A stretch of DNA of 64,000 nt from an uncultured delta proteobacterium (GCA_963727485.1 CAVSGM010000002.1:768001-832000); one strand, 5' to 3'. Counted from the stretch's first letter, positions 1-14,155 are shown. Notes: generated by a model not told the origin, from the sequence alone. Numbers and translations are program-made.

Positions 1-1
1 G

Positions 2-1416
<1,415 letters not shown>

Positions 1417-1444
<28 letters not shown>

Positions 1445-2124
1445 CGGCGGCGGCGCACCCATAGCGCCACCAGGAGGCCCACCAGGCCTCCAGCCAGGGC
1501 CCGTTCGAGGCCCGGCGAGATTGGGCGGTCGCCTACGCGGCCGCCCGATTCGCGTCCGGGGTCGAAGGAGGCCAGCGCCGCGTCCACCGCCCGGTACCGG
1601 GCCTTGGGGGCCCCCGCGGGCAGGAGCCAGGTGAGGACGAAGTGGTGGTCCCCGGCGGGGACCAGGGCCACCAGCACCGACCAGCGCCTGCCCCCGCGGG
1701 TCACCGCGCCCTCGAGGCGCAGCGTCGGGCGCCCGGCCACCTTCACCACCTCGGCCCAGAGCACCCGGTAGTCGACGCCCCAGAGGCGCCGGAGGGTGTC
1801 CGGGGCGTGGACCGCCAGGGTGTCCTTGGTGTCGTCGGTCACCTCGAGGCGCCCGGGGACCCGGGCCACGAAGAGGCTCCCCTGCCCCGCCGGGCCCACC
1901 GCCGAGAGGAGGATCCGCCCCGGGGCGCCGCCGGCCGCCGTCCCCGGGAGGCTGGCCACGCCGGTGGGGCCCGGGACCGGGTCGGCGAGGGGCCGCCACC
2001 CGGCCGGGAGGGTCAGGTGGGCGCCGCCGAGGTCCACCCGGCGCCCCCCGGTCCCGGCCCGGGCCGGAACCGGCGCCAGGGCGACGAGCACGGGGAGCAG
2101 GGCCGCGGCGAGGGTCGGGGACAT
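1417..2124 (-). CDS. Secreted or membrane-anchored hypothetical protein (possibly PsbP/DcrB-like fold)
   Basis: Signal peptide [14 protein letters not shown]-terminal hydrophobic helix followed by RRRR; start 2124 or 2133. Confidence 0.65.
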
Positions 2125-2379
2125 CGGGGCCATCCTAGCCCGGGGTTGCGCCGGGCGGCAGGGCCCCGGAACTGGGGTTCCACCCCTCATGTCGTTTTTT
2201 CCATGCAGGCTGTAAGATTCGGACTATGCTGGACGAGACCTAGTGGCGGGGTCCCTTGACCTGAAGCCTAGGTAGTGGACCCGATGGGCCGTCATCTTTC
2301 AATAAGTTAGCAACGTTCCCACTCTCCACGCTGTCCGATCGCAAACACCACCGCCCGGCGTGAAGCCAAGGGGGCTCTC

Positions 2380-3033
2380 GTGGCAGAAAAGCTCAAGTTC
2401 ATCCTCGCCGACTCCCACCCGATCCTCCGACTCGGCGTGAAGGAGGTCCTCTCCTCCGCCGGCCACCAGGTCGTCGCCGAGGTGGACGACGGCAACGCCG
2501 CGGTGGACGCGGCAGTCAAGCACAGCCCCGACATCGTCCTGATGGAGGTCACCCTCGACAAGATGGACGGCATCGAGGCGGCCCGGAAGATCCGGAGCCG
2601 CGCCAAGGAGTCGGTCCAGGTCGTGATCTTCTCCTCCTTCGGGAGCGAGGAGTACGTCCTCCGGGGCCTGGCCGCCGGCGCCCGGGGCTACATCGTCAAG
2701 ACCACCGAGCCCCGGGACTTCCTCGAGGCCATCCGCCGGGTCCGCCACGGGGACGTCTACCTCTCGCCGGACGTGGCCAGCCCGGTGGTGCTCCGCAACC
2801 TCCGCCACGGGCGCATGGAGGATCCCCTCGCGGTCCTCACCGCCCGGGAGCGCCAGGTCCTGCGCCTCGTCGCCGAGGGCCTGACCAACAAGGAGGTCGC
2901 CGCGAGCCTGGGGGTGGCGGTGAAGACCGTCGAGGCGCACCGCGCCAACCTCATGCGCAAGCTCGACCTCCACGACCTCTCGGCCCTCATCCGCTTCGCC
3001 CTCCGGGTGGGGCTCCTGGCCCCCGGGCGCTAG
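2380..3033 (+). CDS. NarL/FixJ-family response regulator (REC + LuxR HTH) with atypical receiver
   Basis: LTARERQVLRLVAEGLTNKEVA..KTVEAHRANLMRKL HTH; phosphoacceptor position reads LME instead of LMD. Confidence 0.93.
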   Translation: MAEKLKFILADSHPILRLGVKEVLSSAGHQVVAEVDDGNAAVDAAVKHSPDIVLMEVTLDKMDGIEAARKIRSRAKESVQVVIFSSFGSEEYVLRGLAAGARGYIVKTTEPRDFLEAIRRVRHGDVYLSPDVASPVVLRNLRHGRMEDPLAVLTARERQVLRLVAEGLTNKEVAASLGVAVKTVEAHRANLMRKLDLHDLSALIRFALRVGLLAPGR

Positions 3034-3095
3034 CCGCCCCGCCCCGCCGCAGGGGGCTTTACTGCGGCGGGTTCCCGGGTCAGGATCGGCGCCCC

Positions 3096-3701
3096 ATGGA
3101 CGCCACGCCCGAGATTGAAGCCCGTCGCCAGGAAGCCGAGCGCGAGGTGCGCCGGGGGAACTTCCAGGCCGCGATCACCCTCTACGAGGGGCTCGTGGCC
3201 GAGGTCCCCGACGACGAGCGGCTGGTGGTGCGCCTCGACACCCTGCGCACCCTGCTCCAGCCCCTGGAGCTGACCCACCCCAAGGCCGCCGCCGGGGCCC
3301 GGGCCGCGTCGGCGGAGAACGACGCCCAGGCCGGGGAGGCGGCGGCCAACGCCGGGGACCTGCGCACGGCGGTGGCCGCCTACGAGCGGGCCTGCGCCAC
3401 GGCCCCGGGCAACGCCCTCCTCGCCGAGCGCCTCGAGGAGCTGCGAGCCATGGCCGTGGCCCGGGGGATCGCCGTGGACGCGGCGCCGGCACCGGCGAGC
3501 CCGGCGCCCACCGCCCCGGCCCCCACGACCGCGCCCAGGCCGGCCCCCACGACCGCGGCCCCGCCGGCGCCCGCGACCGCGGCCCCCGCCGAGGCCCCCC
3601 TCCCGGCCGATCCGGTCGCGCGCCTCGAGGCCCTCCTCGAGCGGGTCCAGCGCCGCCGCCGCCGCCGCGTCGACGCCGCCGTCGCGGCCCTGGGCGCGTG
3701 A
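3096..3701 (+). CDS. TPR-like hypothetical protein with Pro/Ala/Thr-rich linker
   Basis: Helical TPR-like segments (GNFQAAITLYE, GDLRTAVAAYERA); strong GC3 bias. Confidence 0.7.
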   Translation: MDATPEIEARRQEAEREVRRGNFQAAITLYEGLVAEVPDDERLVVRLDTLRTLLQPLELTHPKAAAGARAASAENDAQAGEAAANAGDLRTAVAAYERACATAPGNALLAERLEELRAMAVARGIAVDAAPAPASPAPTAPAPTTAPRPAPTTAAPPAPATAAPAEAPLPADPVARLEALLERVQRRRRRRVDAAVAALGA

Positions 3702-3711
3702 CAGGCGACAC

Positions 3712-3740
3712 TTGTTCGCGACCCGGACGCCCGATAGACT
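3712..3740 (+). promoter_or_regulatory. Putative sigma70-type promoter of the pfkA operon
   Basis: TTGTTC-N17-TAGACT, 75 nt before the GTG start. Confidence 0.55.
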
Positions 3741-3815
3741 CGGCGCTGCCTGACATCACTGTCATGCCTACCCAGCTTCGGGGAGGCAGGGACTTCAGGG
3801 TCGGTAGGGCAAGAC

Positions 3816-4895
3816 GTGTCCGTGACGCGGATCGGAATCCTGACCGGAGGCGGTGACTGCCCCGGCCTGAACGCGGTCATCCGGGCCGTGGTCAAGCGCG
3901 CGCGCGCCGACTTCGGCTGGGCGGTCACGGGCATCGAGGACGGCTTCGCCGGGCTCATGGGCCCCGAGCTCGCCGTCCGGGACCTCGACGCCTCGGACGT
4001 GGTGGGGATCCTCCCCAAGGGCGGAACCATCCTCGGCACCAGCAACCGGGCCAACCCCTACGCCGACGCCGAGGGCCGGGACCGGAGCGCCGAGGTCGCC
4101 GCCCGCCTCCGGGACCTGGGCGTCGACGCCCTGGTGGTCGTCGGCGGCGACGGCACCCAGTCCATCGGCCACCGCCTCTTCGTCGACCACGGGGTGCCCG
4201 TCATCGGCATCCCCAAGACCATCGACAACGACGTCCCCGCCACCGACGCCACCTTCGGCTTCGACAGCGCCCGGGCCATCGCCACCGCCGCCGTGGACAA
4301 CCTCCACAGCACCGCCGAGAGCCACGAGCGGGTGATGCTCCTCGAGGTGATGGGGCGCAACGCCGGCTTCATCGCCCTCCACGCGGGCCTCGCCGGGGGC
4401 GCCGACGTCATCCTCCTCCCGGAGATCCCCTACGACATCCAGGCGGTGCTCGAGAAGCTCCAGGCGCGCGTCCGCCGGGGCCGCCGGTTCTCCATCGTGG
4501 TGGTCGCCGAGGGCGCCCGGCCCCGGGGCGGCGAGCAGGTGATCACCGAGACCGCCGAGGAGATCCCGGGCCGGAACGTGGTCCGCCTCGGAGGCATCGC
4601 CCACCGGGTGTCCCACGAGCTCGCCGGGGTCTGCGAGACCGAGACCCGGGTCACCATCCTCGGCCACCTCCAGCGCGGCGGGTCGCCGACGCCCTTCGAC
4701 CGGATCCTCGGGACCCGCTTCGGCTGCGCGGCCCTGGACCTCATCGCCGACGAGCGCTTCGACCGGATGGTGGCGCTCAAGGGCGGCGACGTGGTCGACG
4801 TGCCCCTCGCCGAGGCCGTGGGCCGGGTGCGCCTCGTCGACCCCGCCGGCCAGATGGTCACCTGCGCGCGCGCCCTGGGGATCTCCTTCGGATGA
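3816..4895 (+). CDS. pfkA: 6-phosphofructokinase (PfkA family)
   Basis: TGGGDCPGLNA, GGTILGTS, GGDG, PKTIDND, EVMGR and LGHLQRGG motifs. Confidence 0.96.
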   Translation: MSVTRIGILTGGGDCPGLNAVIRAVVKRARADFGWAVTGIEDGFAGLMGPELAVRDLDASDVVGILPKGGTILGTSNRANPYADAEGRDRSAEVAARLRDLGVDALVVVGGDGTQSIGHRLFVDHGVPVIGIPKTIDNDVPATDATFGFDSARAIATAAVDNLHSTAESHERVMLLEVMGRNAGFIALHAGLAGGADVILLPEIPYDIQAVLEKLQARVRRGRRFSIVVVAEGARPRGGEQVITETAEEIPGRNVVRLGGIAHRVSHELAGVCETETRVTILGHLQRGGSPTPFDRILGTRFGCAALDLIADERFDRMVALKGGDVVDVPLAEAVGRVRLVDPAGQMVTCARALGISFG

Positions 4896-6781
4896 GCGCG
4901 GCGCCCCGCATCCCCCGCTACGACCTCCTCGAGGAGGTGGGCTCCGGGGGGATGAGCGTGGTCTATCGGGCCCGGGACACCACCCTCGATCGCGAGGTGG
5001 CGGTGAAGGTGCTCCACCGGCACCTCGCCGGCAAGGACAGCGAACGGAAGCGCTTCCGCCGGGAGGCCATGGCCGTGGCCCGGCTGCGCCACCCGAACAT
5101 CCTCGAGATCCACGACTACGCCGGGGATGACGCCGAGGAGGCCTATATCGTCTCCGAGCTGGTCCGGGGGCCCACCCTGCGGGGCTTCGCCGAGACCACC
5201 GGCTTCGGCCTCCCGGAGATCGGCGCCATGGTGGCCACCGTCCTCGCCGGGGCGCTGGCCCACGCCCACGCCCTGGGCGTCATCCATCGGGACCTCAAGC
5301 CCGAGAACGTGATGATCCAGGACGACGGCACGGTGAAGCTCACCGACTTCGGCGTCGCCCGGATGGTCGACCGGGACGAGCGGATGACCATGACCGGGGC
5401 GCTCCTGGGCTCGCCGGCGCACATGGCCCCCGAGAGCCTCGAGGGCGGTGGCGGCGACGTGCGCAGCGACATCTTCAGCCTGGGCACGGTCCTCTACTGG
5501 CTCGCCACGGGCGCCCTGCCCTACTCCGGCTCGTCACCGGCGGAGGTGCTCCGGCGGATCGCCGAGGGGCACCACACCGACCCCCGGGCCGTGGACCCCC
5601 GGGTCTCCGACGAGCTGGCGGAGATCATCGAGAAGGCCATCGCCCGGGACCCCGCCGACCGGTGGCAGAGCGCCGAGGCCCTGGAGCAGGCCCTCGCCGC
5701 CTACCTCGCGGACCTGGGCATCGAGCGGCCCGCCGAGGCCCTCACCCGGTTCTTCGCCGACCCGGCCGCCTACAAGGCCGGGCTCCAGGCCGACCTGGTG
5801 GCCCGGCTCACCGACCGGGCCCAGGCCGCCACCGACGCCGGGGCGGTCCCCGTGGCCCTCAAGGCCTGCGACCGGCTCCTGGCCCTCGACCCCGGGAACG
5901 CCGCGGCCCTCGCCTGCCTCGAGCGCCTCCACCGCCGGCGCCGGCGTCGCCGACTCGTCGCCGCGGGGATCTCGGTGGTGATCCTCGGCGGCGGGGTCCT
6001 CGCGGTCGCCGCCTGGCCCGCCGGCGGGAGCGCGGGCCGCCGGAGCTCGCCGGCGCCCCACGCGGGCCAGGCGGGCGCGGCCCCGGGCGCGCCCCCCCCG
6101 GCCCCAGGGACGCCGCCCCGCCGCCGGGTCCCCGCCCAGCGGACCCCCGCCGCCCACGCCGCCGACCCGACCCACACCGCCCCGCCGGCCCACGTCCGCC
6201 ACCGGGAGCCGCCGCCGCACGCCGGTCAGCCCCCGGCCCCCCACCCGGCCCACGTCCGCCACCGGGACCCGGCGCCGCACCCCGGTGACGCCCACGCCGC
6301 CCCGGCGGCCGCCGCCCCCCGCCGGACCCTCCGGATCCTCGTCGAGCCCTTCGCCACCATCTCCGTGGACGGCAAGCGCCTCGGCCGGGACCGGGAGGCC
6401 CGCGCCGACCTGCCCCTCGGGCCCCATCACCTGGCCATCACCCGCACCGGCTTCGTGCCCCTCGAGGAGACCGTCAAGGTCGTCGCCGGGACCGACGCCG
6501 AGGTGGTCCGCCGGCGGCTGGTCCCCAAGCCGGCGATCCTCCACATCGTCAACGGCCAGGGGGCCGCCGTGAGCATCGACGGCCAGCTCAAGGGCACCGT
6601 GGGCCCCGGGGGCCTGGACCTCCCGGTGACCTTCCCGGAGCGCCCCGACCAGCGCTACCAGCTCGAGGTGCCCGTGGACCTGCGCCTGGAGAAGGTCGGC
6701 TTCAAGCCCCTGGACCGGAAGCTCACGGTCAAGCCCGGCCAGCACCTGACCCTCCCCGCGACCCTGGAGCCCGCCAAGTGA
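4892..6781 (+). CDS. Hanks-type Ser/Thr kinase with TM helix and C-terminal PEGA-like domains
   Basis: [26 protein letters not shown] segment after poly-Arg; ATGA overlap with pfkA. Confidence 0.95.
   Translation: MSAAPRIPRYDLLEEVGSGGMSVVYRARDTTLDREVAVKVLHRHLAGKDSERKRFRREAMAVARLRHPNILEIHDYAGDDAEEAYIVSELVRGPTLRGFAETTGFGLPEIGAMVATVLAGALAHAHALGVIHRDLKPENVMIQDDGTVKLTDFGVARMVDRDERMTMTGALLGSPAHMAPESLEGGGGDVRSDIFSLGTVLYWLATGALPYSGSSPAEVLRRIAEGHHTDPRAVDPRVSDELAEIIEKAIARDPADRWQSAEALEQALAAYLADLGIERPAEALTRFFADPAAYKAGLQADLVARLTDRAQAATDAGAVPVALKACDRLLALDPGNAAALACLERLHRRRRRRRLVAAGISVVILGGGVLAVAAWPAGGSAGRRSSPAPHAGQAGAAPGAPPPAPGTPPRRRVPAQRTPAAHAADPTHTAPPAHVRHREPPPHAGQPPAPHPAHVRHRDPAPHPGDAHAAPAAAAPRRTLRILVEPFATISVDGKRLGRDREARADLPLGPHHLAITRTGFVPLEETVKVVAGTDAEVVRRRLVPKPAILHIVNGQGAAVSIDGQLKGTVGPGGLDLPVTFPERPDQRYQLEVPVDLRLEKVGFKPLDRKLTVKPGQHLTLPATLEPAK
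6181..6280 (+). repeat. 60-bp-period intragenic direct repeat ([12 protein letters not shown] / [12 protein letters not shown])
   Basis: ccggcccacgtccgccaccggga at 6185 and 6245. Confidence 0.8.
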
Positions 6782-7830
6782 GCCGCCGCCTCGGGGCCCT
6801 CCTCGCCCTCCTCCTGGTCGCTGTCGGCGCCGGCGCCCCCGCCCGGGCCCAGACGCCGGCGGCCTCGGACCTCAAGCGCGCCAAGGACCGCTACGAGTAC
6901 GGCGACTACGCCGACGCGGCCAAGCTCCTGCACCACCTGGTGGACGACGGCCGCCTCACCTCCGACGGCCAGCTGGTGGAGGCCTACCGGCTGCTGGGCC
7001 TCTCGTACTTCTACGAGAGCAAGCGCGAGGAGGCCCGGTCCGCGTTCGTGCGCCTCCTGTCCATCGAGCCCGACTACCACCTCGACCCCTTCTTCAACCC
7101 GCCCAAGGTGGTGGAGTTCTTCGACCAGGTGAAGGCGGACAACGAGGCGCTCCTGGCGCCCATCCGGGCCCAGAAGCGCAAGGTCGAGGAGGAGCGCCGG
7201 CGCCAGGAGCAGGCCCAGCAGCACCTCCTCGAAGAAGAGGCGAGGCGCCGGGAGACCCTGGCCCGGCGCCAGCAGACCGAGGCCCCGCCGAAGATCATGG
7301 AGAAGGTCGTCGCCGACCACCCCTACCTCCTCAACTGGCTGCCCTTCGGGGTGGGCCAGTTCCAGAACGGCGAGACCTACAAGGGCGGGCTCCTCGCCGG
7401 CGCCGAGACCGTCACGGGCCTGGCGAGCATCATCGGCTTCGTGGTGGTCGCGGGCCTGCGCACCTGCACCACCGTCCCGGTGCCCAAGGGCGACCTCGGC
7501 GATCCGACCCAGACCGAGACCCAGTGCGGGATCCCCGCGGACAGCGTGAGCCTCGCCCGGACCATGGACCGGGTGAAGTGGATCGCCGGCGGGGCCTTCT
7601 GGGGCCTGGTGGTCTACGGGATCGTCGACGCCCACCTGCACTACCAGCCCACGGTGGTCCTCTCCCAGCAGCCCATCGACGTCCCCGCCCCCGCCCCCAG
7701 GAAGGCGGCGGACAAGCCAAGCCCGACCGGCGCCAAGCCCCCCGCCACCAGCGACCTGGCCCCACGCCTCGACCTTGCGCCCTTCTTCGGCCCCACCGGC
7801 GGCGGCGCCGTCCTCACCCTTCGCTTCTAG
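6778..7830 (+). CDS. Secreted TPR-containing protein with C-terminal hydrophobic segments
   Basis: Signal peptide ending ARA-Q; TPR-like [12 protein letters not shown]; ends LTLRF; GTGA overlap. Confidence 0.8.
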   Translation: MSRRLGALLALLLVAVGAGAPARAQTPAASDLKRAKDRYEYGDYADAAKLLHHLVDDGRLTSDGQLVEAYRLLGLSYFYESKREEARSAFVRLLSIEPDYHLDPFFNPPKVVEFFDQVKADNEALLAPIRAQKRKVEEERRRQEQAQQHLLEEEARRRETLARRQQTEAPPKIMEKVVADHPYLLNWLPFGVGQFQNGETYKGGLLAGAETVTGLASIIGFVVVAGLRTCTTVPVPKGDLGDPTQTETQCGIPADSVSLARTMDRVKWIAGGAFWGLVVYGIVDAHLHYQPTVVLSQQPIDVPAPAPRKAADKPSPTGAKPPATSDLAPRLDLAPFFGPTGGGAVLTLRF

Positions 7831-7844
7831 ACCGGAGCCCGTCC

Positions 7845-9671
<1,827 letters not shown>

Positions 9672-9701
9672 CACGCCTGTCGCGGTGGGCGGGACGATTT
9701 C

Positions 9702-10278
9702 ATGGCAATCCCAAGCAAAATCAAGTTGTTGGCACTTGGCGCAGCGGTTGCTTGTCTCTGTGCCTGCATGGTCCCCCAGGACACCGAGCCGACGCCGGTG
9801 GTCCACGCCATCGACCATCCCGCCGATCATCGACGTGAGCACCGTCTTCCCCACCGACCCGGTCGTGACCGTGAACAAGCAGTGCCCCAGCCGGAACACC
9901 TTCCAGCTCGGGATCATCGATCTCGACGTGGACCAGCCGCTCGCGGTCCGGTGGTTCATCGACTACGACCTCTCGGGGCAGCAGTTCGACCCGCCCATCG
10001 TCGAGTACACCATCCCCCCCAACGCCAACGGCGACCCCATGCGCTTCGCCGAGCTCGCCGGGAGCGACCTCGACCTCACCCAGCTGACCCTGGGCAAGCC
10101 GGCCACCCTCGAGGCCTTCGTGGTGGAGACCGGGGCGCTGGCCCCCGACTCGAGGCAGCCGCCGTACTGGCAGAAGCTCCGGGACTGCAAGGCCGCCGGC
10201 TACCCCACCGGCTGCATCCCCTCCCACCCGGCGGTGTTCCGCTGGACCCTCGACGTGAAGGACCAGGTCTGCGAATGA
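9702..10278 (+). CDS. Hypothetical lipoprotein (one apparent frameshift near 9820)
   Basis: Signal peptide with lipobox LCAC; one extra C in ccc near 9820 moves the reading into the PPIIDVST..CE frame. Confidence 0.7.
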
Positions 10279-11935
10279 GGCGCGCCCGGATCATCGCCGC
10301 CGCCCTCGCCGCCCTCGGCCTCGGCGCCTGGGTGTGGGGCGCCACCGGCTGCGGCGCGGCGGCCATGGGCGCCGCCTGCTTCTCCAACGGCGATTGCTCC
10401 GCCGGCGCCCAGTGCGTCCTCGGCGAGTGCACCACCTCGGCGCGGACCTTCCCGGTGGACCTCGACGTCCAGCCCCTGCCCGCCTCGGGTTACCTGCCCC
10501 AGCCGGTCCTCGGGGTGCCGCCCCAGGCCAAAGGCGAGGTCGACGTGGTGGTGCCCCAGCCGGTCACCGTCCACGTCCGCGCCTCGGAGCCGGTGCGGGT
10601 CACCTTCGACGCCGAGGGCGACCTCCGCCACCCCTGAGCTACGCCACCGAGGTCACCCAGGACCAGCCGGGGGTGACCGCCTCGGGGGTCGTCGACCTGG
10701 TCGGCGGGATCCTCGACGGGACGACCGGGCAGCTCGATCCGCTCACCTGGGACGCGGTGGTGGTGCCCACGGTGGCCGGCTGCTGCGACGGCACCGGGAG
10801 CTGCACCGCCCCGGTGGTGGTACGCCATCTGCGCCTCGACGCCGACACCAACTGGGTGCCGCCCCTGCCCACCTCGGTCATCCGGATCACCGGCAAGGTG
10901 GTGGTGAGCCAGGCGAGCTGGACCCCCATCGAGAACCTCCAGGTCCAGGCCTTCGACCCCACCACCGGCATCTTCACCCTGCCGGCGAAGACCGACGCCA
11001 CCGGCGCCTTCTGCCTGGCGGTGGCGCCGCCGCCGGCTGGGCAGAGCTGGCGGCTGACGCTGCGCCTCGGGCCCAGCGACACCCGGCCCACCGTCGACGT
11101 CCCGGGGATCCCCATCACCGCCGGCGGCGGCGACGTGGACCTGGGCGCCGTGGCCATCGGCGATCACGGGGCGCCCCTGCCTCCCATCAGCGGCCGGGTG
11201 CTCGGCCCCGGCGACACGCCGATCCAGGCCGCCCGGGTCACCTTCGACGGCCAGGTGGATCCCAAGGGCACCTTCACCGCCTCGGCCACCACGGACATGG
11301 ACGGGAAGTTCAGCGTCACCCTCCTCCGGGGGACCTACAGCGTCCGCGCCGAGCCCCCGGCGGACAGCCCCGATGGCCCGGCGACCCTCACCGGCTTCGA
11401 CCCCACGACCCTCGCGGTGGGCGAGCCCCTGAAGCTCATGGCGGCCGCGCGGCCGGTGGTCGCCGGCACCGTCCTCGCGCCCATCGCCGGGAGCGGCGCC
11501 ACGCCCCTCGCCGGGGTCGAGGTGGTGGCCGAGCCCGACACCGCGGCCCCCGGACCCCAGGCGCCCCAGTCGTTCACCGCGGTCACCGACGCCTCCGGGG
11601 CCTATCGCCTCGCGGTGGATCCCGGCGCCTACCAGGTGCGCTTCGTGCCCCCGCCGGACACGGGCCTGCCCTGGGCGGTGGGCCGGGCCCTGGCGGTCAC
11701 CGGCGACCGCCAGGTGGCGTCGGTGACCCTGGAGCAGCCGGCGATCCTCCCGGGGAAGGCCCTCGGGCGCACCGGCGGCGGGAGCACCGTGCCCCTGGCG
11801 GGCAGCAAGATCGAGGTCTACGGCCACGCGCCCAGCGGCCGGGCGGTGCTCCTCTGGCGCGGCCGCGCAGGCGACGGGGGCCAGTTCGACGTCCGCCTGC
11901 CCCAGAGCCTCGCCGGGCGCCTCACCGGCGGCTGA
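10275..11935 (+). CDS. Lipoprotein with Cys-rich N-terminus and carboxypeptidase-regulatory-like beta-sandwich repeats (frameshift near 10632)
   Basis: Lipobox ATGC; CFSNGDC..CVLGEC; repeated TD..G.F/Y..L..G.Y.V motifs; one C missing in the 10631-10634 run. Confidence 0.72.
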
Positions 11936-11985
11936 TCCCACGCGCCGGGCTTGCATTTCCCCGCGCCCTGGGCGACGACTCCCCC

Positions 11986-12519
11986 ATGGCGACGGCGGCG
12001 CATCCCCGGGCCTACCGGCCCTACCGCGTGACGCTCTACGTGCTCTTCATCGCCGTCGCCGCCACCCTGGCCCTGCTCTTCCTCGGGAGCATCGTCCGGG
12101 ACCTGGGGGCGCGGCGCCCGGCGACCCAGGCCCACCACCGCGCGCTCTTCCAGGCGGGCCAGCCGCTGACCAAGGGGTCCTATCTCATCTGCGTGGACCG
12201 CCTCGGCGACCTCCACGACACCCTCGGGGCCCGGTTCGCGGCGCTCCCCCAGGCGGCGGCGAGGCGGGGCAGCGCCGCCCTCGAGGGGTGGCAGGACTTC
12301 TCCCGGAGCTGGCACGACCACCTGGAGCAGGTCGCCGCGACCTGCGGTCTCGGCCAGGCCAACGGGCCCCACGCCGAGGCCCTCCAGACGCTCTACGACC
12401 ACCTGGTGGACCTCCACCGGATCTACGCCACCGAGGCCACCCGGCTCCTCCGGGAGGACGGCGACGCGATCCAGTCGGCGGAGGCGGCCTTCGGGGCCAC
12501 CCGCCGGCGCGTCCCCTGA
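11986..12519 (+). CDS. Hypothetical membrane-anchored helical protein
   Basis: N-terminal TM helix; strong codon bias. Confidence 0.7.
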   Translation: MATAAHPRAYRPYRVTLYVLFIAVAATLALLFLGSIVRDLGARRPATQAHHRALFQAGQPLTKGSYLICVDRLGDLHDTLGARFAALPQAAARRGSAALEGWQDFSRSWHDHLEQVAATCGLGQANGPHAEALQTLYDHLVDLHRIYATEATRLLREDGDAIQSAEAAFGATRRRVP

Positions 12520-12550
12520 GCCGACGGGCGCCCTACCGGCCCCCGCCCGA

Positions 12551-13549
12551 TCAGCGGTGGGTGCCGGCGTCCCCGGGGGCGGTCTTCGGCGCGGTGCCGC
12601 CCCCGCCCCCGTCCCCGGCCGCGGGCTGCTTGGGCGCCGCCGCCTTGGGGGCAGGCCGCTGGCCGAGGCGCCGCCGGAGGAGGGACGCCACCTTGCCCTG
12701 GGACTCGTACTTGAGCCCGGCGGTCCAGGCGGCCTTGGCGTCGTCGTTGCGGCCGAGGGCCGAGAGGGAGTCGCCGAGGAGGAGGCTGGCGTAGGCCTGG
12801 GTGGCCCGGGAGCCGCTGCCGGCGAGGTACTGGCGCAGCCACTTCACCGCCGGCGGGTGCTCGCCGGCCTGGTTGCTCGCCGCGCCCAGGTAGTAGGCCC
12901 CGAGGCGACGCTCGTCGGCCTGCCACCCGGGCGGCAGGGGCCCGGCGAAGGTGTAGAAGCGGGTGAGCGCGGCGGCCGCGGCCTTCATGTCGCCCTGGTG
13001 GTAGGCCTTGAGACCGGCGTCGTAGGCGTCCTGGGCGGCCTGCTGGCGCACCGACCGGGAGACGTCGTCGAGGACCGTGCTGGCGAAGGGCGGCAGGTCC
13101 GACGGGGCGATGGCGGCGTACCGCTCGAGGCCCCGGGCCTGGGACTTGGGATCCTTGGAGGTGAGCAGGTGGTAGGCGTCGAGGGCCTCGCGGCTGGCCC
13201 GATCCCGGCGGGCGAGGCCCGCGGTGGCCGCCTTCTCCGCCTTCTTGGCCGCGTCCTGGGCGGTCTTGGCGGCCTTGAGGCTGCGCTCGGCCCGGGCCCG
13301 CTCGGTGGAGGCCGCGACCCCGGAGACCCACCAGGCCCCGGCGGCGGCGAGGGCGCCGATGACCACGTAGGCGGCGACGTGCCCCACGAAGTGACGCCGC
13401 TCGGCGGCGTCCTGGCGGCTGGCGATGGTCTTGAGCTCGGCGTGGAAGGTCTTCAGGAGGTTGTCGGTCTTGATGATGAGGCTTCTGGCCTCGTAGACCT
13501 CCTTGCGCAGCGCGGCGAGCTCCTTGTCGACCCCGGCGGTCTCGGGCAT
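12551..13549 (-). CDS. Coiled-coil / TM / TPR protein
   Basis: N-terminal coiled coil, one TM helix, TPR-like C-terminus; SD GGAGGA. Confidence 0.78.
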   Translation of the reverse strand: MPETAGVDKELAALRKEVYEARSLIIKTDNLLKTFHAELKTIASRQDAAERRHFVGHVAAYVVIGALAAAGAWWVSGVAASTERARAERSLKAAKTAQDAAKKAEKAATAGLARRDRASREALDAYHLLTSKDPKSQARGLERYAAIAPSDLPPFASTVLDDVSRSVRQQAAQDAYDAGLKAYHQGDMKAAAAALTRFYTFAGPLPPGWQADERRLGAYYLGAASNQAGEHPPAVKWLRQYLAGSGSRATQAYASLLLGDSLSALGRNDDAKAAWTAGLKYESQGKVASLLRRRLGQRPAPKAAAPKQPAAGDGGGGGTAPKTAPGDAGTHR

Positions 13550-13561
13550 GGGACGGTCCTC

Positions 13562-14155
13562 CTACTCGGACGAGACGTCGGGCTCGGGGTCGAAGAGGAC
13601 CACGAGCCCGACACAGGCCATGTTACCGCCGAGGCTGGTGCCGTGGGGGGCGCCGCCGACGTTGACCGTGAGGTGGGCGAAGTCCCAGCGGTCCTCGAGG
13701 TAGATCCCCAGGCCGTGGGTCAGGCGCATCCAGGCCCCGAGCCCCAGGCTCAGGGACTGGGTCGCGCCCTCCGAGTAGTGGCTGCCATCCTGGTCGGCGA
13801 CGAAGCGGTAGCCCCCGGAGACGAAGGCGTAGGGCATCACCGGCCCCAGGCGGAGGGGGGACCAGGTGGTGGTGAGGGCGGCGTCCATCAGCGCCAGGGA
13901 GGCGGTGGCGCTCCCGGCGGTCACCGGGCGGTGGGTGTAGCCGAGCTCGATGCCCAGGGTCCAGTGGGACGAGGCGTACCAGGAGAACCGGGCCCGGGCG
14001 GTGGGGCCGCCGGTGGCCGGGCCGGTGCTCCAGCCGCCGCCGACGGTGATCGAGCCGGCGTTCTTCATCGGGGGCGCGAGGCCCTGGGCGCGGGCGGGTC
14101 CGGCGAGGCAGAGGGCGGTGGCGACGACGAGGACGCCCCTCACCATTGGCGCCAT
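13562..14155 (-). CDS. Small outer-membrane beta-barrel protein
   Basis: Signal peptide ending ARA-Q; alternating aromatic/Gly strands (PYAFVSGGY, LSLGLGAW); start 14155 or 14146. Confidence 0.7.
   Translation of the reverse strand: MAPMVRGVLVVATALCLAGPARAQGLAPPMKNAGSITVGGGWSTGPATGGPTARARFSWYASSHWTLGIELGYTHRPVTAGSATASLALMDAALTTTWSPLRLGPVMPYAFVSGGYRFVADQDGSHYSEGATQSLSLGLGAWMRLTHGLGIYLEDRWDFAHLTVNVGGAPHGTSLGGNMACVGLVVLFDPEPDVSSE

Noticed and set aside
2191..2379. c-di-GMP-I riboswitch upstream of the response regulator (GCAAAC; GGGTCC/GGACCC stem)
   Set aside because: No GNRA tetraloop/receptor two-hairpin layout or second GCAAA element
3746..3812. ZTP (pfl) riboswitch, suggested by GGGGAG and a 3' GGGCAA
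   Set aside because: Lacks the GACUGGCG junction and the CGCC loop hairpin; gene context does not fit
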